Part shown: one piece after another, positions 1-8,757 of the stretch
How positions within the stretch are numbered: the stretch's first letter is position 1
How the letters are laid out: each line of letters begins with the position of its first letter
Origin: Candidatus Poseidoniaceae archaeon
GTDB lineage: Archaea > Thermoplasmatota > Poseidoniia > Poseidoniales > Poseidoniaceae
Reading direction: 5' to 3'
DNA length: 64,000 nt
NCBI GenBank assembly: GCA_049598575.1
Contig: JBMYNT010000001.1
Coordinates: forward strand, 8,758-72,757
Made by a program: the position numbers and the translations under genes
Notes under the pieces: generated by a model
Seen by the model: the letters and a program-made list of their open reading frames with translations, nothing else
Told to the model about the DNA's origin: nothing
Databases searched by the model: none

Positions 1-50
1 CTTCAAAGGCGACGTTCGATTGTGTGGTCCACAAGGGATGGACTTGGGCA

Positions 51-677
51 TCAATGCTGACTTTTCTTACCAAGAATAGCCAACGTACCGGGTTTGTCTG
101 ATGAGGCATTAGCTCGCCATGCATGGACTTCGGTAAATCCGACATCCTTCCACATCTGAATCCATTCACCTTCTGAAAATGTGGACATGTGTACATCAAG
201 AGCTTCTGGCCAGCCCAGACTTTCTTCGTGTTCTGCATAATGGTCAATGCCGATAACTGCCCACCCGTCTTCCGATAACCATTCATCGTGAATCGACTGA
301 AGCATTTGTTTCGGGTCGTGCAGATAGTAGATGAATTCCATTGAATGGATCAGATCGTATTGTTGAGGAGGTTTTGTTTGTGGAAACAATGCAAGATGGT
401 ATCCGTTGGTAGAATCGACAGCCTTTGCCTTCTCTATCATATGTTCTGCACCATCAAACCCATCCGCTTTCTGACACTGTTCGTGTTGAGCGACCAAGCG
501 GACAACCCAACCGTTCCCGCATCCTAAATCTGCAAATGAAAAGGAATTGCCTTCTGATAGAACACGTTCGATAGCAGCATCCAGCATCTCTCTGACTGAA
601 GGTCCATGGCCGCGTTCCATACCCTCGTCCTTGCCTCGATGTGCCCAATCGTTGAAGACGTCCGTTGCTTGCTTCAT
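51..677 (-). CDS. Class I SAM-dependent methyltransferase (TehB/TPMT-like)
   Basis: ORF 51..878 contains a DLGCGNGW glycine-rich SAM motif. Start trimmed to MKQATDVF (nt 677) so that it does not overlap the divergent pip start at 748. Confidence 0.6.
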   Translation of the reverse strand: MKQATDVFNDWAHRGKDEGMERGHGPSVREMLDAAIERVLSEGNSFSFADLGCGNGWVVRLVAQHEQCQKADGFDGAEHMIEKAKAVDSTNGYHLALFPQTKPPQQYDLIHSMEFIYYLHDPKQMLQSIHDEWLSEDGWAVIGIDHYAEHEESLGWPEALDVHMSTFSEGEWIQMWKDVGFTEVHAWRANASSDKPGTLAILGKKSQH

Positions 678-747
678 GGGTCTGCGAGTCAATACGTCCA
701 AAAAAGGCATCGAAAGCAACATCATCCTCATTCGCATCGAACGACGC

Positions 748-1701
748 ATGGGGTCAGAATCCATCGATGATGTCTTGTATCCAAAAATTGAACCATATGC
801 CACTGGGATGCTGCCTGTATCAGAACGACATACCATTGCTTGGGAATGTGCAGGCAACCCCAACGGCACCCCTGTCATTGTGATTCATGGCGGACCCGGT
901 GGAGGCAGTCAACCCTCATATCGACAATATTTTGATCCACAGAAATGGAACATTATCCAATTTGATCAACGAGGCTGTGGCCAATCAACGCCATACGCAG
1001 ATCTTGAAGAAAACACAACCATGCATCTTGTTTCTGATATTGAAGCGCTTCGAAACCACTTCAATATCGAGACATGGCATGTTTTTGGCGGATCATGGGG
1101 ATCAACTCTCTCGCTCATTTACGGAATCTCTCATCCAGAACGCGTTCGTTCGTTCATCCTTCGAGGCATTTTCATGTGTAGGAAGTCAGAACTCCACTGG
1201 TTCTACCAAGATGGAGCAAGTCATGTCTTCCCTGATGCATTTGAACCGTATCAACAACACATTCCAAAAGATGAACAATCCGCACTCATTCCAGCCTACT
1301 ACAGTCGATTAACGAGCGACGATGTCAATGTCAGGCGCAATGCAGCAAAGGAATGGACGCGATGGGAAATGGCGACAAGCCGACTATTCCCTGATCCTGA
1401 ATATCTCGACAAAGCCGAGGACCTTGATTTCGCCGTCGCATTTGCGCGAATCGAATGCCATTATTTCATCAATGGAATCTTTGTTGAAGAAAGCTACATT
1501 CTCAACAATACGGATTCCATCCAACACATTCCTGCAGTCATTGTCCAAGGTCGATACGATATGGTTTGCCCGGTTAAGAGTGCATGGGAATTGCACAAGC
1601 AATTGCCTAACTCGGTCTTACACATCATCCCAGATGCAGGCCATTCGATGGGTGAGGTTTCGATTGCAAGATCGTTGGTTGAAGCAACAGATTCCGTTTG
1701 A
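748..1701 (+). CDS. pip: Proline iminopeptidase (S33 alpha/beta hydrolase)
   Basis: N-terminus LYPKIEPYATGMLPVSERHTIAWECAGNPNGTPVIVIHGGPGGG, nucleophile elbow GGSWGS and the C-terminal HxxPDAGHS segment are typical Pip. Start set at the internal ATG at 748 (MGSESIDD) inside ORF 547..1701. Confidence 0.8.
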   Translation: MGSESIDDVLYPKIEPYATGMLPVSERHTIAWECAGNPNGTPVIVIHGGPGGGSQPSYRQYFDPQKWNIIQFDQRGCGQSTPYADLEENTTMHLVSDIEALRNHFNIETWHVFGGSWGSTLSLIYGISHPERVRSFILRGIFMCRKSELHWFYQDGASHVFPDAFEPYQQHIPKDEQSALIPAYYSRLTSDDVNVRRNAAKEWTRWEMATSRLFPDPEYLDKAEDLDFAVAFARIECHYFINGIFVEESYILNNTDSIQHIPAVIVQGRYDMVCPVKSAWELHKQLPNSVLHIIPDAGHSMGEVSIARSLVEATDSV

Positions 1702-1821
1702 GTGGTCAATGCGAGCGTTTCAGTCTTGGAATGAGATGGTCATAATCATCCTCAAAGAGGCGTCGTCTTCATAGGGTAAAGGCGACTGGGTTGAAATGGA
1801 GGCATTCCTCCGGGTGAACAT

Positions 1822-2631
1822 ATGAGTGAAGAAGGAACCCTCACCCCTGAAGTTCGAATCGGTCAACTTGAAGAGGCCCTAGCCACTGAAACCGACCGTT
1901 TGAAGAAACTCTTCGCAGCCTATGAAACTCAAGAAAAGGAACTCGTCGATGCACGTGCAGAGATTGAAGTTCTTGAGAAAGAAATCATCGACAAGGAAAT
2001 TGAGCGAGAAGCACAAGAATCGTTGATCGCTGAGAAAGATTTCCGAATTCGCGAGCTGGAAATGAAAGCAACCAAGGCCGACAAGCGTGTTGAACACTTG
2101 GAACCAGCACTACAAACCATGGAAGAAAAATATTCACGTGAGAAGGACCGTCTTGGTAAGGTCTTCGGCATTGCAGAAGAACTCGATAACGATCTCAAAC
2201 TTGCTGTTTCTGAAATGAAAGCTCGAGACGACTGGTACGTTGCTCACATGACATTGTTCGAAGACCTCAACAAGGCCATCAAGGAACGATACGAGATGAT
2301 TGAGCGTGCAGTTGAAGCTGAGCGACAATCTCAGCATATGTCCCGTGCTTTCACCGATCGGATGGATGAGATGGTCGAGGCACGAGCAGCGGAAATGACC
2401 GTTGAAGAGGCCGAGGCGGTTATCGAAGAAGGAACTGGAGAAGAATCCGAGTTGGCCGAAGAAGCCCCTGTTGAAGAGGCTCCAGTTGAAGAAGCCCCGG
2501 CTGAAGAAACCGAAACACCTGATGAGGAAGAGGCTCCTGCTGAAGAGGCAGAAGCAACTGCTGAAGAAGAGACCGAGGCATCCTCTGCTGAAACATGGAA
2601 CTCGGATGTCGATCCTTGGGCTGACAACTGA
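1822..2631 (+). CDS. Acidic coiled-coil protein with (EEAPV/EEAPA)n C-terminal tail
   Basis: Heptad-like charged sequence over about 200 aa followed by a repetitive EEAPVEEAPVEEAPAEE tail; no recognisable catalytic motif. Confidence 0.55.
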   Translation: MSEEGTLTPEVRIGQLEEALATETDRLKKLFAAYETQEKELVDARAEIEVLEKEIIDKEIEREAQESLIAEKDFRIRELEMKATKADKRVEHLEPALQTMEEKYSREKDRLGKVFGIAEELDNDLKLAVSEMKARDDWYVAHMTLFEDLNKAIKERYEMIERAVEAERQSQHMSRAFTDRMDEMVEARAAEMTVEEAEAVIEEGTGEESELAEEAPVEEAPVEEAPAEETETPDEEEAPAEEAEATAEEETEASSAETWNSDVDPWADN

Positions 2632-2642
2632 GGTGAAACACC

Positions 2643-3497
2643 TTGGCAGGCCTCGCCCAAGGAGGGCATGCTCCTGTAGCGACCTTTACAATTGCCGGCA
2701 TTGCTATCCTTGTTGGCGGAATTTATCTTGATACGCTCAATGGATTGATGCCATTGCTAGGTGTCCTTTGCCTCATGATCGCCGTATTTTTTGCGAACTT
2801 CTGGAGGGATCCAGATCGACCCATCCCTCAGGATGCAGGCATACTCGTCTCACCGGCTGATGGACACGTTATGTTTGTTCGCCGTGAGCGGGCCAATGGA
2901 CGTCGTCCATCTCAAAAAGAACGCGAAGAAGGCAACATCGAGCATGATGAACACACTGGAGACTGGTATCCAAAACCTTGCCAGAAACCACTTTCTTTCG
3001 AGACAGAGCAACGCTTTGTTGCAGTAGAGGGTGCGCATCAAGAATCAGATGTTTGGCGAATTGCTATCTTTATGTCACCACTCGATGTTCACGTTAACCG
3101 TGCTCCACGAGCTGCACAAATTATTGCGATGGAACATCGAACTGGGAAAGGAAAACGACGAGGGCCGTTCGCTCCTGCCTACCGTAAGGAAAGCGAATTC
3201 AATGAACGTGTTCGCACGGTCTTTGAGACTGAAGATGGTGAACGAATCGAAGTCATGCAAATCTCAGGAGCACTTGCTCGGACCATCGTTCCTTGGAGAG
3301 GAATTGGTGATACATTGCGACGTGGAGAGCGTTATGGAATGATTCGCTTAGGAAGCCGGGTCGACGTTCGAGTTCCTGCGAACCTCTACGAACCACAAGT
3401 TGTTTCAGCAGAAGATCAAGATCCAACTCATCCAAAAGGACAATTCATCAAGGCCGGTTCGGATATCATTTTCAAACGAATCCTTGAAGAGGAATAG
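2643..3497 (+). CDS. Phosphatidylserine decarboxylase-related proenzyme (archaetidylserine decarboxylase-like)
   Basis: N-terminal TM segments, an FWRDPDRPIP...SPADG motif and an LGSRVD cleavage/pyruvoyl-type motif, as in the PSD family. Confidence 0.55.
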   Translation: MAGLAQGGHAPVATFTIAGIAILVGGIYLDTLNGLMPLLGVLCLMIAVFFANFWRDPDRPIPQDAGILVSPADGHVMFVRRERANGRRPSQKEREEGNIEHDEHTGDWYPKPCQKPLSFETEQRFVAVEGAHQESDVWRIAIFMSPLDVHVNRAPRAAQIIAMEHRTGKGKRRGPFAPAYRKESEFNERVRTVFETEDGERIEVMQISGALARTIVPWRGIGDTLRRGERYGMIRLGSRVDVRVPANLYEPQVVSAEDQDPTHPKGQFIKAGSDIIFKRILEEE

Positions 3498-3505
3498 GCT
3501 GAGGG

Positions 3506-4678
3506 ATGTTCATGTCATCTGGCAAGGGCCTTACCATGCTGGGCGACGATGCGAAGGGCCTCAAGATTCACGATCTTGTGAAGGCACCTGCGAACACGCC
3601 GTGGGCAAAGGAGCGCCAACAATCCTGGGATGCTTCCTACCCAGCAACGGTCTATTCAACACCTGAAATGACCACCGATGGCCAACCTTGCTCAGCAGTG
3701 ACGGTAATTCTGCGAACCAAAGGATGCCATTGGTGGTGGTCGTCAGGTTGTACATTTTGTGGATATTTCAACGACACCCGAGACGATGTCAACAGCGATG
3801 ATCTTCATGCTCAGTGGCAGCATGCAAAGGAGAAGTTCAACAATTTCGAAGGCCAAGCCATGGTGAAAGTATACACGTCAGGTTCTTTGCTCGAAGACCG
3901 AGAAATTCCAGTTGATTTCCAAGAAACTGTTCTACGCGACTGTTTCGAACTCGGTAAGGAACTTATTGTTGAAAGCAGAACTGAACAACTCACAGAAGAA
4001 AAGTTGGCTTGGGCAACTTCGATTAATCCAAACTTTACCGTTGCAATCGGCCTCGAAGCATACGATGATGAAGTGTTACGATTCCACGTGAACAAAGGAT
4101 TCTCTGCAGCATCCTGGGATAGAGCGGTTGAACGTCTTCAGAAATTTAATCTTCGAGTGAAGACATATCTCATGTTCAAGCCCCCATTCATGAGTGAGGC
4201 TGATGCGCTCGATCACTGTGTTAAGTGGATTGAAGCGGTTGCTGAACAGAGCGATGAGATTTCCATTAATCCAATGAACATTCAGCGTGGAACCGTCATC
4301 GACCGCCTTCATCGGCATAGAGAATATCGTCCACCATGGCTTTGGTCCTTGGTTGAACTAATCCAACAGAGCCACCACATCGTTCATCCAAACGGTGGCA
4401 TGAATGGAGATGATGACCAGATTTCACGGTTGATCATACACCCAACCGCCGGCGGAAAGATTCGAGGTTCCCACAACTGTGGTGAGTGCGATGTAGAAGT
4501 TGTCGCTGCTATCGAACGATACGCCGTATCGGGATCATTGAACGAGTTCGATGGATTGGATTGCGAGTGCAAAAAACGTTGGAATCAAGAGTTAACCAAT
4601 GACCGTTCTATTCCGGTTCCTTTGGGCACATCAATGCCACGACGGGGCTCACTCAGAGACATTCTGCGTTCCCCATGA
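3506..4678 (+). CDS. Radical-SAM-like protein (TIGR01210/RaSEA-like archaeosine-associated family, tentative)
   Basis: Cys cluster CHWWWSSGCTFCG (C-x8-C-x2-C) near the N-terminus in a 390-aa protein with the TIM-barrel-like length and composition typical of archaeal RaSEA-type proteins. The family assignment is from memory and needs HMM confirmation. Confidence 0.45.
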   Translation: MFMSSGKGLTMLGDDAKGLKIHDLVKAPANTPWAKERQQSWDASYPATVYSTPEMTTDGQPCSAVTVILRTKGCHWWWSSGCTFCGYFNDTRDDVNSDDLHAQWQHAKEKFNNFEGQAMVKVYTSGSLLEDREIPVDFQETVLRDCFELGKELIVESRTEQLTEEKLAWATSINPNFTVAIGLEAYDDEVLRFHVNKGFSAASWDRAVERLQKFNLRVKTYLMFKPPFMSEADALDHCVKWIEAVAEQSDEISINPMNIQRGTVIDRLHRHREYRPPWLWSLVELIQQSHHIVHPNGGMNGDDDQISRLIIHPTAGGKIRGSHNCGECDVEVVAAIERYAVSGSLNEFDGLDCECKKRWNQELTNDRSIPVPLGTSMPRRGSLRDILRSP

Positions 4679-4779
4679 GTAGAGCGATTTATTGTACACT
4701 CCAATGATGCTCTTGGTGAATGTTTATCACCGCGCTTCGAGTCGCAAGCATGTCCATCTAGGGCACCTGAGGGCACATC

Positions 4780-5052
4780 ATGTCGAACAGTACAGAAATC
4801 CCCGATGCAGTCATTGGAACTGCTGAACCGTCATCAAGCCGCGTCATTCTCGTTCTCCTTTCTGTGGTAACGGTTGGAATGTTTGGACTCTTTAGCACAA
4901 TCTTCGGATGGGACAACATCCCAGTTGTTGGTGACATTGTCCCACTGATGTCGAATCTAGGAGGCTCAGGAATCTGGTACTACTTGCTTGGGTTCATCAT
5001 CGGCCTCGGGGCGATTGTGTCCACACTTGCAGGCGAGGTCCTAGCAGATTGA
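4780..5052 (+). CDS. Small membrane protein (2 TM)
   Basis: 90 aa with two hydrophobic helices. Its stop sits 1 nt before the next gene start, and a GGTGAT sits upstream of that start. Confidence 0.5.
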   Translation: MSNSTEIPDAVIGTAEPSSSRVILVLLSVVTVGMFGLFSTIFGWDNIPVVGDIVPLMSNLGGSGIWYYLLGFIIGLGAIVSTLAGEVLAD

Positions 5053-5053
5053 G

Positions 5054-7024
5054 GTGATATGCATGATCGCAGTATTTTCCGCACTAATTTTCTTCTTTAC
5101 CGTCGTTGGTTTTGCTACCTTCTATGTCCAACGTGGAATCGGAAATATGTCCGCTCCAATGCGCCAATTCGGTCTCTTCCTTCTCAACAAAGCACCTGCC
5201 GGTATCGTTGACTTGTTCAATGACGACAAGGGTAGTGGATCCAAGACGTGGATGAACTTTGGAATGATTTGGCTGACCTTCGCTGCCATCGGAACCTTCC
5301 TCGGCCTTTGGCATGATTACGATGGAACAGCGCTTGACTCCCTCGCGAGTATTGGTTGGTCATACGACGATGGTAGTGCACTGAACACGTTCATCGATGT
5401 CACCCTCATGACAGGTCTTGTTTCCATTCTCATCGGTGGTGGACTTGTGGCTGCAGCACGAGCTGGAGCAGGACGTCTTGCAAGCGAGGCTAATGCAAGC
5501 CTCACCGCAATTTTGTTCTCAGTCCTGACCATCTCTTCGCTGCTCCTGCCAACCATCCTCGGTCTTCTCATCGATTTGACAGAAGCAAATGAGGCTCTTA
5601 TTCAGGACCTCTTCATGCATGCTCTCCGCTCCTTCATCATCATCGCCGTGATGATCAACGTTCTCTTGACCGTTGCACAACGCAAGGGAGAGATTGTCTC
5701 AGCAAGCAACTGGTTCTTGTTCATGGCTCTTGCATCCTTCATTTTCGGTTCCCAATTCCGATTCTTCGGTGAATTGGCTGGTTCGACCCAAACTGTTTGG
5801 CTCGGCGAGCGAATGTCACAATCGTGGACCCTTATCGCATTGATGTTTTCTGTAGCATATCACGTCGTACCTCGTGCAGCAAGCCGACCGATTTGGTCCG
5901 ACTCAATGACCAAGGCTAGCATGTTGCTCCTCTTCCTCACACTTCCACCGTTCTTGCTCACTTCAGCAGATGCAGGTACGTTCCTCGAGAACCTCGGGGC
6001 CATCGCAATGACCCTTGCTCTCTTGCCAATCATGGCAGGTTCAGTGAACATCATCATGACTTCCTTGAGCAACGCTACTGGTGTCGTCGCCCGACCAGGT
6101 GCACTCGCAGCAACCTTGGCCATGGTCTTCTTCCCCCTGTTTGCTCTTGGTGGATACTTCACTTCCCTTGACGTCTTTATTGGCCTTGGTGCTTTGAACG
6201 ACATGGCAGCCACTGTCGATATCGGCTTCATGTGGACTGTTGGAGGACTGATGGCGGTTGCTTGTGTCGCCGAATCGTACCCACTTGCAGGAAACAGGAA
6301 ACTTGCATCTCCATCTTCAGCGTCACTCTCAACGATGTTGATCGCCTTTGGTGGCGTCACCTCAACCGTTGCCAAACTCATGGGCGACTTCACAGAGAAA
6401 GCACTGCTCGACTCGGGAAGCGAAGATGTTGTTATGACCGATGGTGGATTCAGTCTCACTGCAGCAGTTCTGTTCTACTTTGGCTCGATTGGTGTTATTC
6501 TTCTGTTCCTCAACCTCATTCGAACATCGGTTGGCGGCATCAAGGTCGACACATCCGTCTCCACGGTTTCCGACATCTCCCGCTATTCCGTTCAGCGTGG
6601 TGAAACTTCCATTCGCAAGCTCCTGCAGCGAGGCGTTGGTGTTGACACCATTCTCGTGGTTGGCGCGGATGTCGAAGATGAAGGTGGCATGACCATCATC
6701 GATGTATCATCGACACTTCACAACGATGAAATCGATGAGTTCCCAGTTGAGAAGAACGAATTAGAAATGCTATCCGATTATCTTGCCAAGAAGGGTATGA
6801 GCATCTTCGAATTCTTCCGCTCCATTGATCTCGATGATTCAGGTCTCATTGATGGATACGAACTTCAGCAAGCTCTACGCAGTGCGGACATTGCAGATCT
6901 ACCTCCTTGGGACATTGCCAAGTTGATGGAATTCATCGATATTGATGGCGACGGCCGAGTCAACCTCCCTGAGCTTGACATCGCCATTGCTCGTGTTCGC
7001 TCCGGTGTCACCGAAGAAGAGTAA
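5054..7024 (+). CDS. Polytopic membrane protein (at least 10 TM) with C-terminal cytoplasmic EF-hand pair
   Basis: 656 aa with many hydrophobic helices. The C-terminal soluble region carries two canonical 12-residue EF-hand loops, DLDDSGLIDGYE and DIDGDGRVNLPE. Confidence 0.7.
   Translation: MICMIAVFSALIFFFTVVGFATFYVQRGIGNMSAPMRQFGLFLLNKAPAGIVDLFNDDKGSGSKTWMNFGMIWLTFAAIGTFLGLWHDYDGTALDSLASIGWSYDDGSALNTFIDVTLMTGLVSILIGGGLVAAARAGAGRLASEANASLTAILFSVLTISSLLLPTILGLLIDLTEANEALIQDLFMHALRSFIIIAVMINVLLTVAQRKGEIVSASNWFLFMALASFIFGSQFRFFGELAGSTQTVWLGERMSQSWTLIALMFSVAYHVVPRAASRPIWSDSMTKASMLLLFLTLPPFLLTSADAGTFLENLGAIAMTLALLPIMAGSVNIIMTSLSNATGVVARPGALAATLAMVFFPLFALGGYFTSLDVFIGLGALNDMAATVDIGFMWTVGGLMAVACVAESYPLAGNRKLASPSSASLSTMLIAFGGVTSTVAKLMGDFTEKALLDSGSEDVVMTDGGFSLTAAVLFYFGSIGVILLFLNLIRTSVGGIKVDTSVSTVSDISRYSVQRGETSIRKLLQRGVGVDTILVVGADVEDEGGMTIIDVSSTLHNDEIDEFPVEKNELEMLSDYLAKKGMSIFEFFRSIDLDDSGLIDGYELQQALRSADIADLPPWDIAKLMEFIDIDGDGRVNLPELDIAIARVRSGVTEEE
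6827..6973 (+). other. EF-hand pair (two canonical Ca2+-binding loops at 6827..6862 and 6938..6973)
   Basis: Both loops satisfy D-x-D-x-[DS]-G-x-[IV]-x-x-x-E, and each has helix-forming flanks. Confidence 0.7.
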
Positions 7025-7042
7025 TTTCAAGGCGGTCGAACC

Positions 7043-8317
7043 GTGCGGATTGGATTGGTTGGAAAACCAAATGTCGGCAAATCGACGTTTTTTGCTGCCT
7101 CAACATTGATTCCTGTCGATATTGCGAACTATCCATTCTGCACGATTGAACCAAATGTTGGATTCTCATTCATACCAAGTCGGCAACTCTGTCCATGCGG
7201 AACATTGCGTAAGCGTCTCGAGGAGGACGGACGGACCCAACTTAGCGATGAGCGTGGGGGGAGCATCTGTTCACCTCGAACAGGCTCCTGTGAGGGTCAT
7301 CAGCGCTATGTTCCATGCATGTTGGTCGATGTTGCAGGACTTGTTCCTGGAGCGAGCCAAGGGCGTGGACGTGGTAATGCATTTCTTTCCGATTTGGCTG
7401 AGTGTGATGCATTGATCCAAGTCATTGATGTTGCAGGATCCACAGATATTGAAGGAAATCCGATAGGTATCAAAGCAACAAAAGAACAAGCCATTGAACA
7501 GGCACTGGCTGAAGTGGAATTCCTTACTGGTGAACTTGATGCTTGGATTCTTGGCTTGGTCAAAGACGGCTGGTCGAGAGGGGCGCGTCGAATTCAAGCA
7601 GAAGGTGTCAAAGGATTCACTCAGTTTTTGCAAGAGCGACTTTCAGGATTGGGTGCAACCGATCAGATATGCCAACGTTCGTTTGACGCCTTTGCACAAC
7701 AGCATCAAGACATGACATCTCCATGGGATTGGTCGGATGATGTTCTCATGCTTCTTGCCTCTTCCATCCGCAAGCATCTATTTCCAATTTTCATTGCAGG
7801 AAACAAAGCGGATCTTGCACCTGAAGGTGTTCTCGAACACTTGCAAAGTGTCCTTCCTACGTTCACGCCATGTTCTGCTGAAACAGAACTTGCATTACGA
7901 CAAGCAGGGAAAGCGGGCTTCATCACATATGTTGCAGGCGATGCGACCTTCAAGTTAAACGAAAATCAGCCGATGAGTGAAGCTCAACAGAAAGGGCTCT
8001 CTGTACTGGCCGAGCGAGTCGAGAAATTGCAAGGAACTGGACTCATCAAGTTGCTTGATCAGGTTCTCTTCGATGAACTTCAACGCATTGTCGTGTATCC
8101 CGTTCAAGATGAAAGCCAATGGACAGATGGGGATGGTAACGTGCTTCCCGATGCCCTTGTTGTTCAAGATGGAATACAAGCGAAACAAGTCGCTTACAAA
8201 GTACATTCCGATCTCGGTGATGGTTTCATCAAAGGTGTTGACGGACGTACTCGTCGGATTGTTGGAGCCGATCACGAACTCTCCGATGGAGATGTTTTGA
8301 GAATCTACTCAAAGTAA
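7043..8317 (+). CDS. OBG-family GTPase (archaeal YchF/MJ1332-like) with C-terminal TGS domain
   Basis: G1 motif GKPNVGKST, a DVAGLV switch, the Cys-rich insertion (CPCG...C...C) seen in MJ1332-type proteins, and a TGS-like C-terminus. Confidence 0.8.
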   Translation: MRIGLVGKPNVGKSTFFAASTLIPVDIANYPFCTIEPNVGFSFIPSRQLCPCGTLRKRLEEDGRTQLSDERGGSICSPRTGSCEGHQRYVPCMLVDVAGLVPGASQGRGRGNAFLSDLAECDALIQVIDVAGSTDIEGNPIGIKATKEQAIEQALAEVEFLTGELDAWILGLVKDGWSRGARRIQAEGVKGFTQFLQERLSGLGATDQICQRSFDAFAQQHQDMTSPWDWSDDVLMLLASSIRKHLFPIFIAGNKADLAPEGVLEHLQSVLPTFTPCSAETELALRQAGKAGFITYVAGDATFKLNENQPMSEAQQKGLSVLAERVEKLQGTGLIKLLDQVLFDELQRIVVYPVQDESQWTDGDGNVLPDALVVQDGIQAKQVAYKVHSDLGDGFIKGVDGRTRRIVGADHELSDGDVLRIYSK

Positions 8318-8321
8318 GTAT

Positions 8322-8708
8322 TCAGTGCCCTTTTGGACGTTCATAGTCCGGCGTTAGTCGAGCAAGTGTGCTGGAATACTTTGCTGCACTCGTGAAAAAG
8401 AGAACAACAGAAGCGAGTGTGAGCAATGCCAACATGATCAACATGTACCATCCCCAGGGGTCGATACTGCGAACGGTTGTGATGTAAAGCCCCCACAGCA
8501 CGGTGAGGTAAAGGAAGGGGCGATATCGACGAGTAACGGTGCTCAGTCGAGCAGACTTCAACGTGTCATCGTAGAGGTTCGCAGCCTCATCTTTGCTGAC
8601 GTAACCATGCTCAACGCCACAGCGGGAACAAACCTGAGTGTTAGGGCCATTTCCATGGATGAAAAATTCACGAGGATATGTTCCAGAACAGAGTCGACAG
8701 ATAGGCAT
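8322..8708 (-). CDS. Zinc-ribbon membrane protein
   Basis: N-terminal CRLC...CSRC pair followed by two hydrophobic helices. Confidence 0.45.
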   Translation of the reverse strand: MPICRLCSGTYPREFFIHGNGPNTQVCSRCGVEHGYVSKDEAANLYDDTLKSARLSTVTRRYRPFLYLTVLWGLYITTVRSIDPWGWYMLIMLALLTLASVVLFFTSAAKYSSTLARLTPDYERPKGH

Positions 8709-8757
8709 CTTCTTCCCTCATTCCTCGCCAATGTATGCCGTCATTTCAACCATGCGC

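Noticed and set aside
2331-2731. Overlapping ORFs 2331..2669(-), 2402..2731(+), 2420..2701(-) around the end of the coiled-coil gene
   Set aside because: They are produced by the repetitive GAAGAGGCTCCAGTT acidic-tail codons; Ser/Ala/Leu-rich nonsense translations.
4780-7024. Possibility that the 90-aa and 656-aa ORFs are one frameshifted gene
   Set aside because: Different frames, but a clean stop (TGA) then ATG 1 nt later with a GGTGAT Shine-Dalgarno-like element. Both pieces have sensible independent topology, so I treat them as a coupled pair, not a pseudogene.
7180-7330. Cys-rich insertion (CPCG...C...C) in the OBG-family GTPase as a novel feature
   Set aside because: The same insertion position and Cys pattern are present in MJ1332-type archaeal GTPases; it is a known zinc-ribbon-like element of this family.
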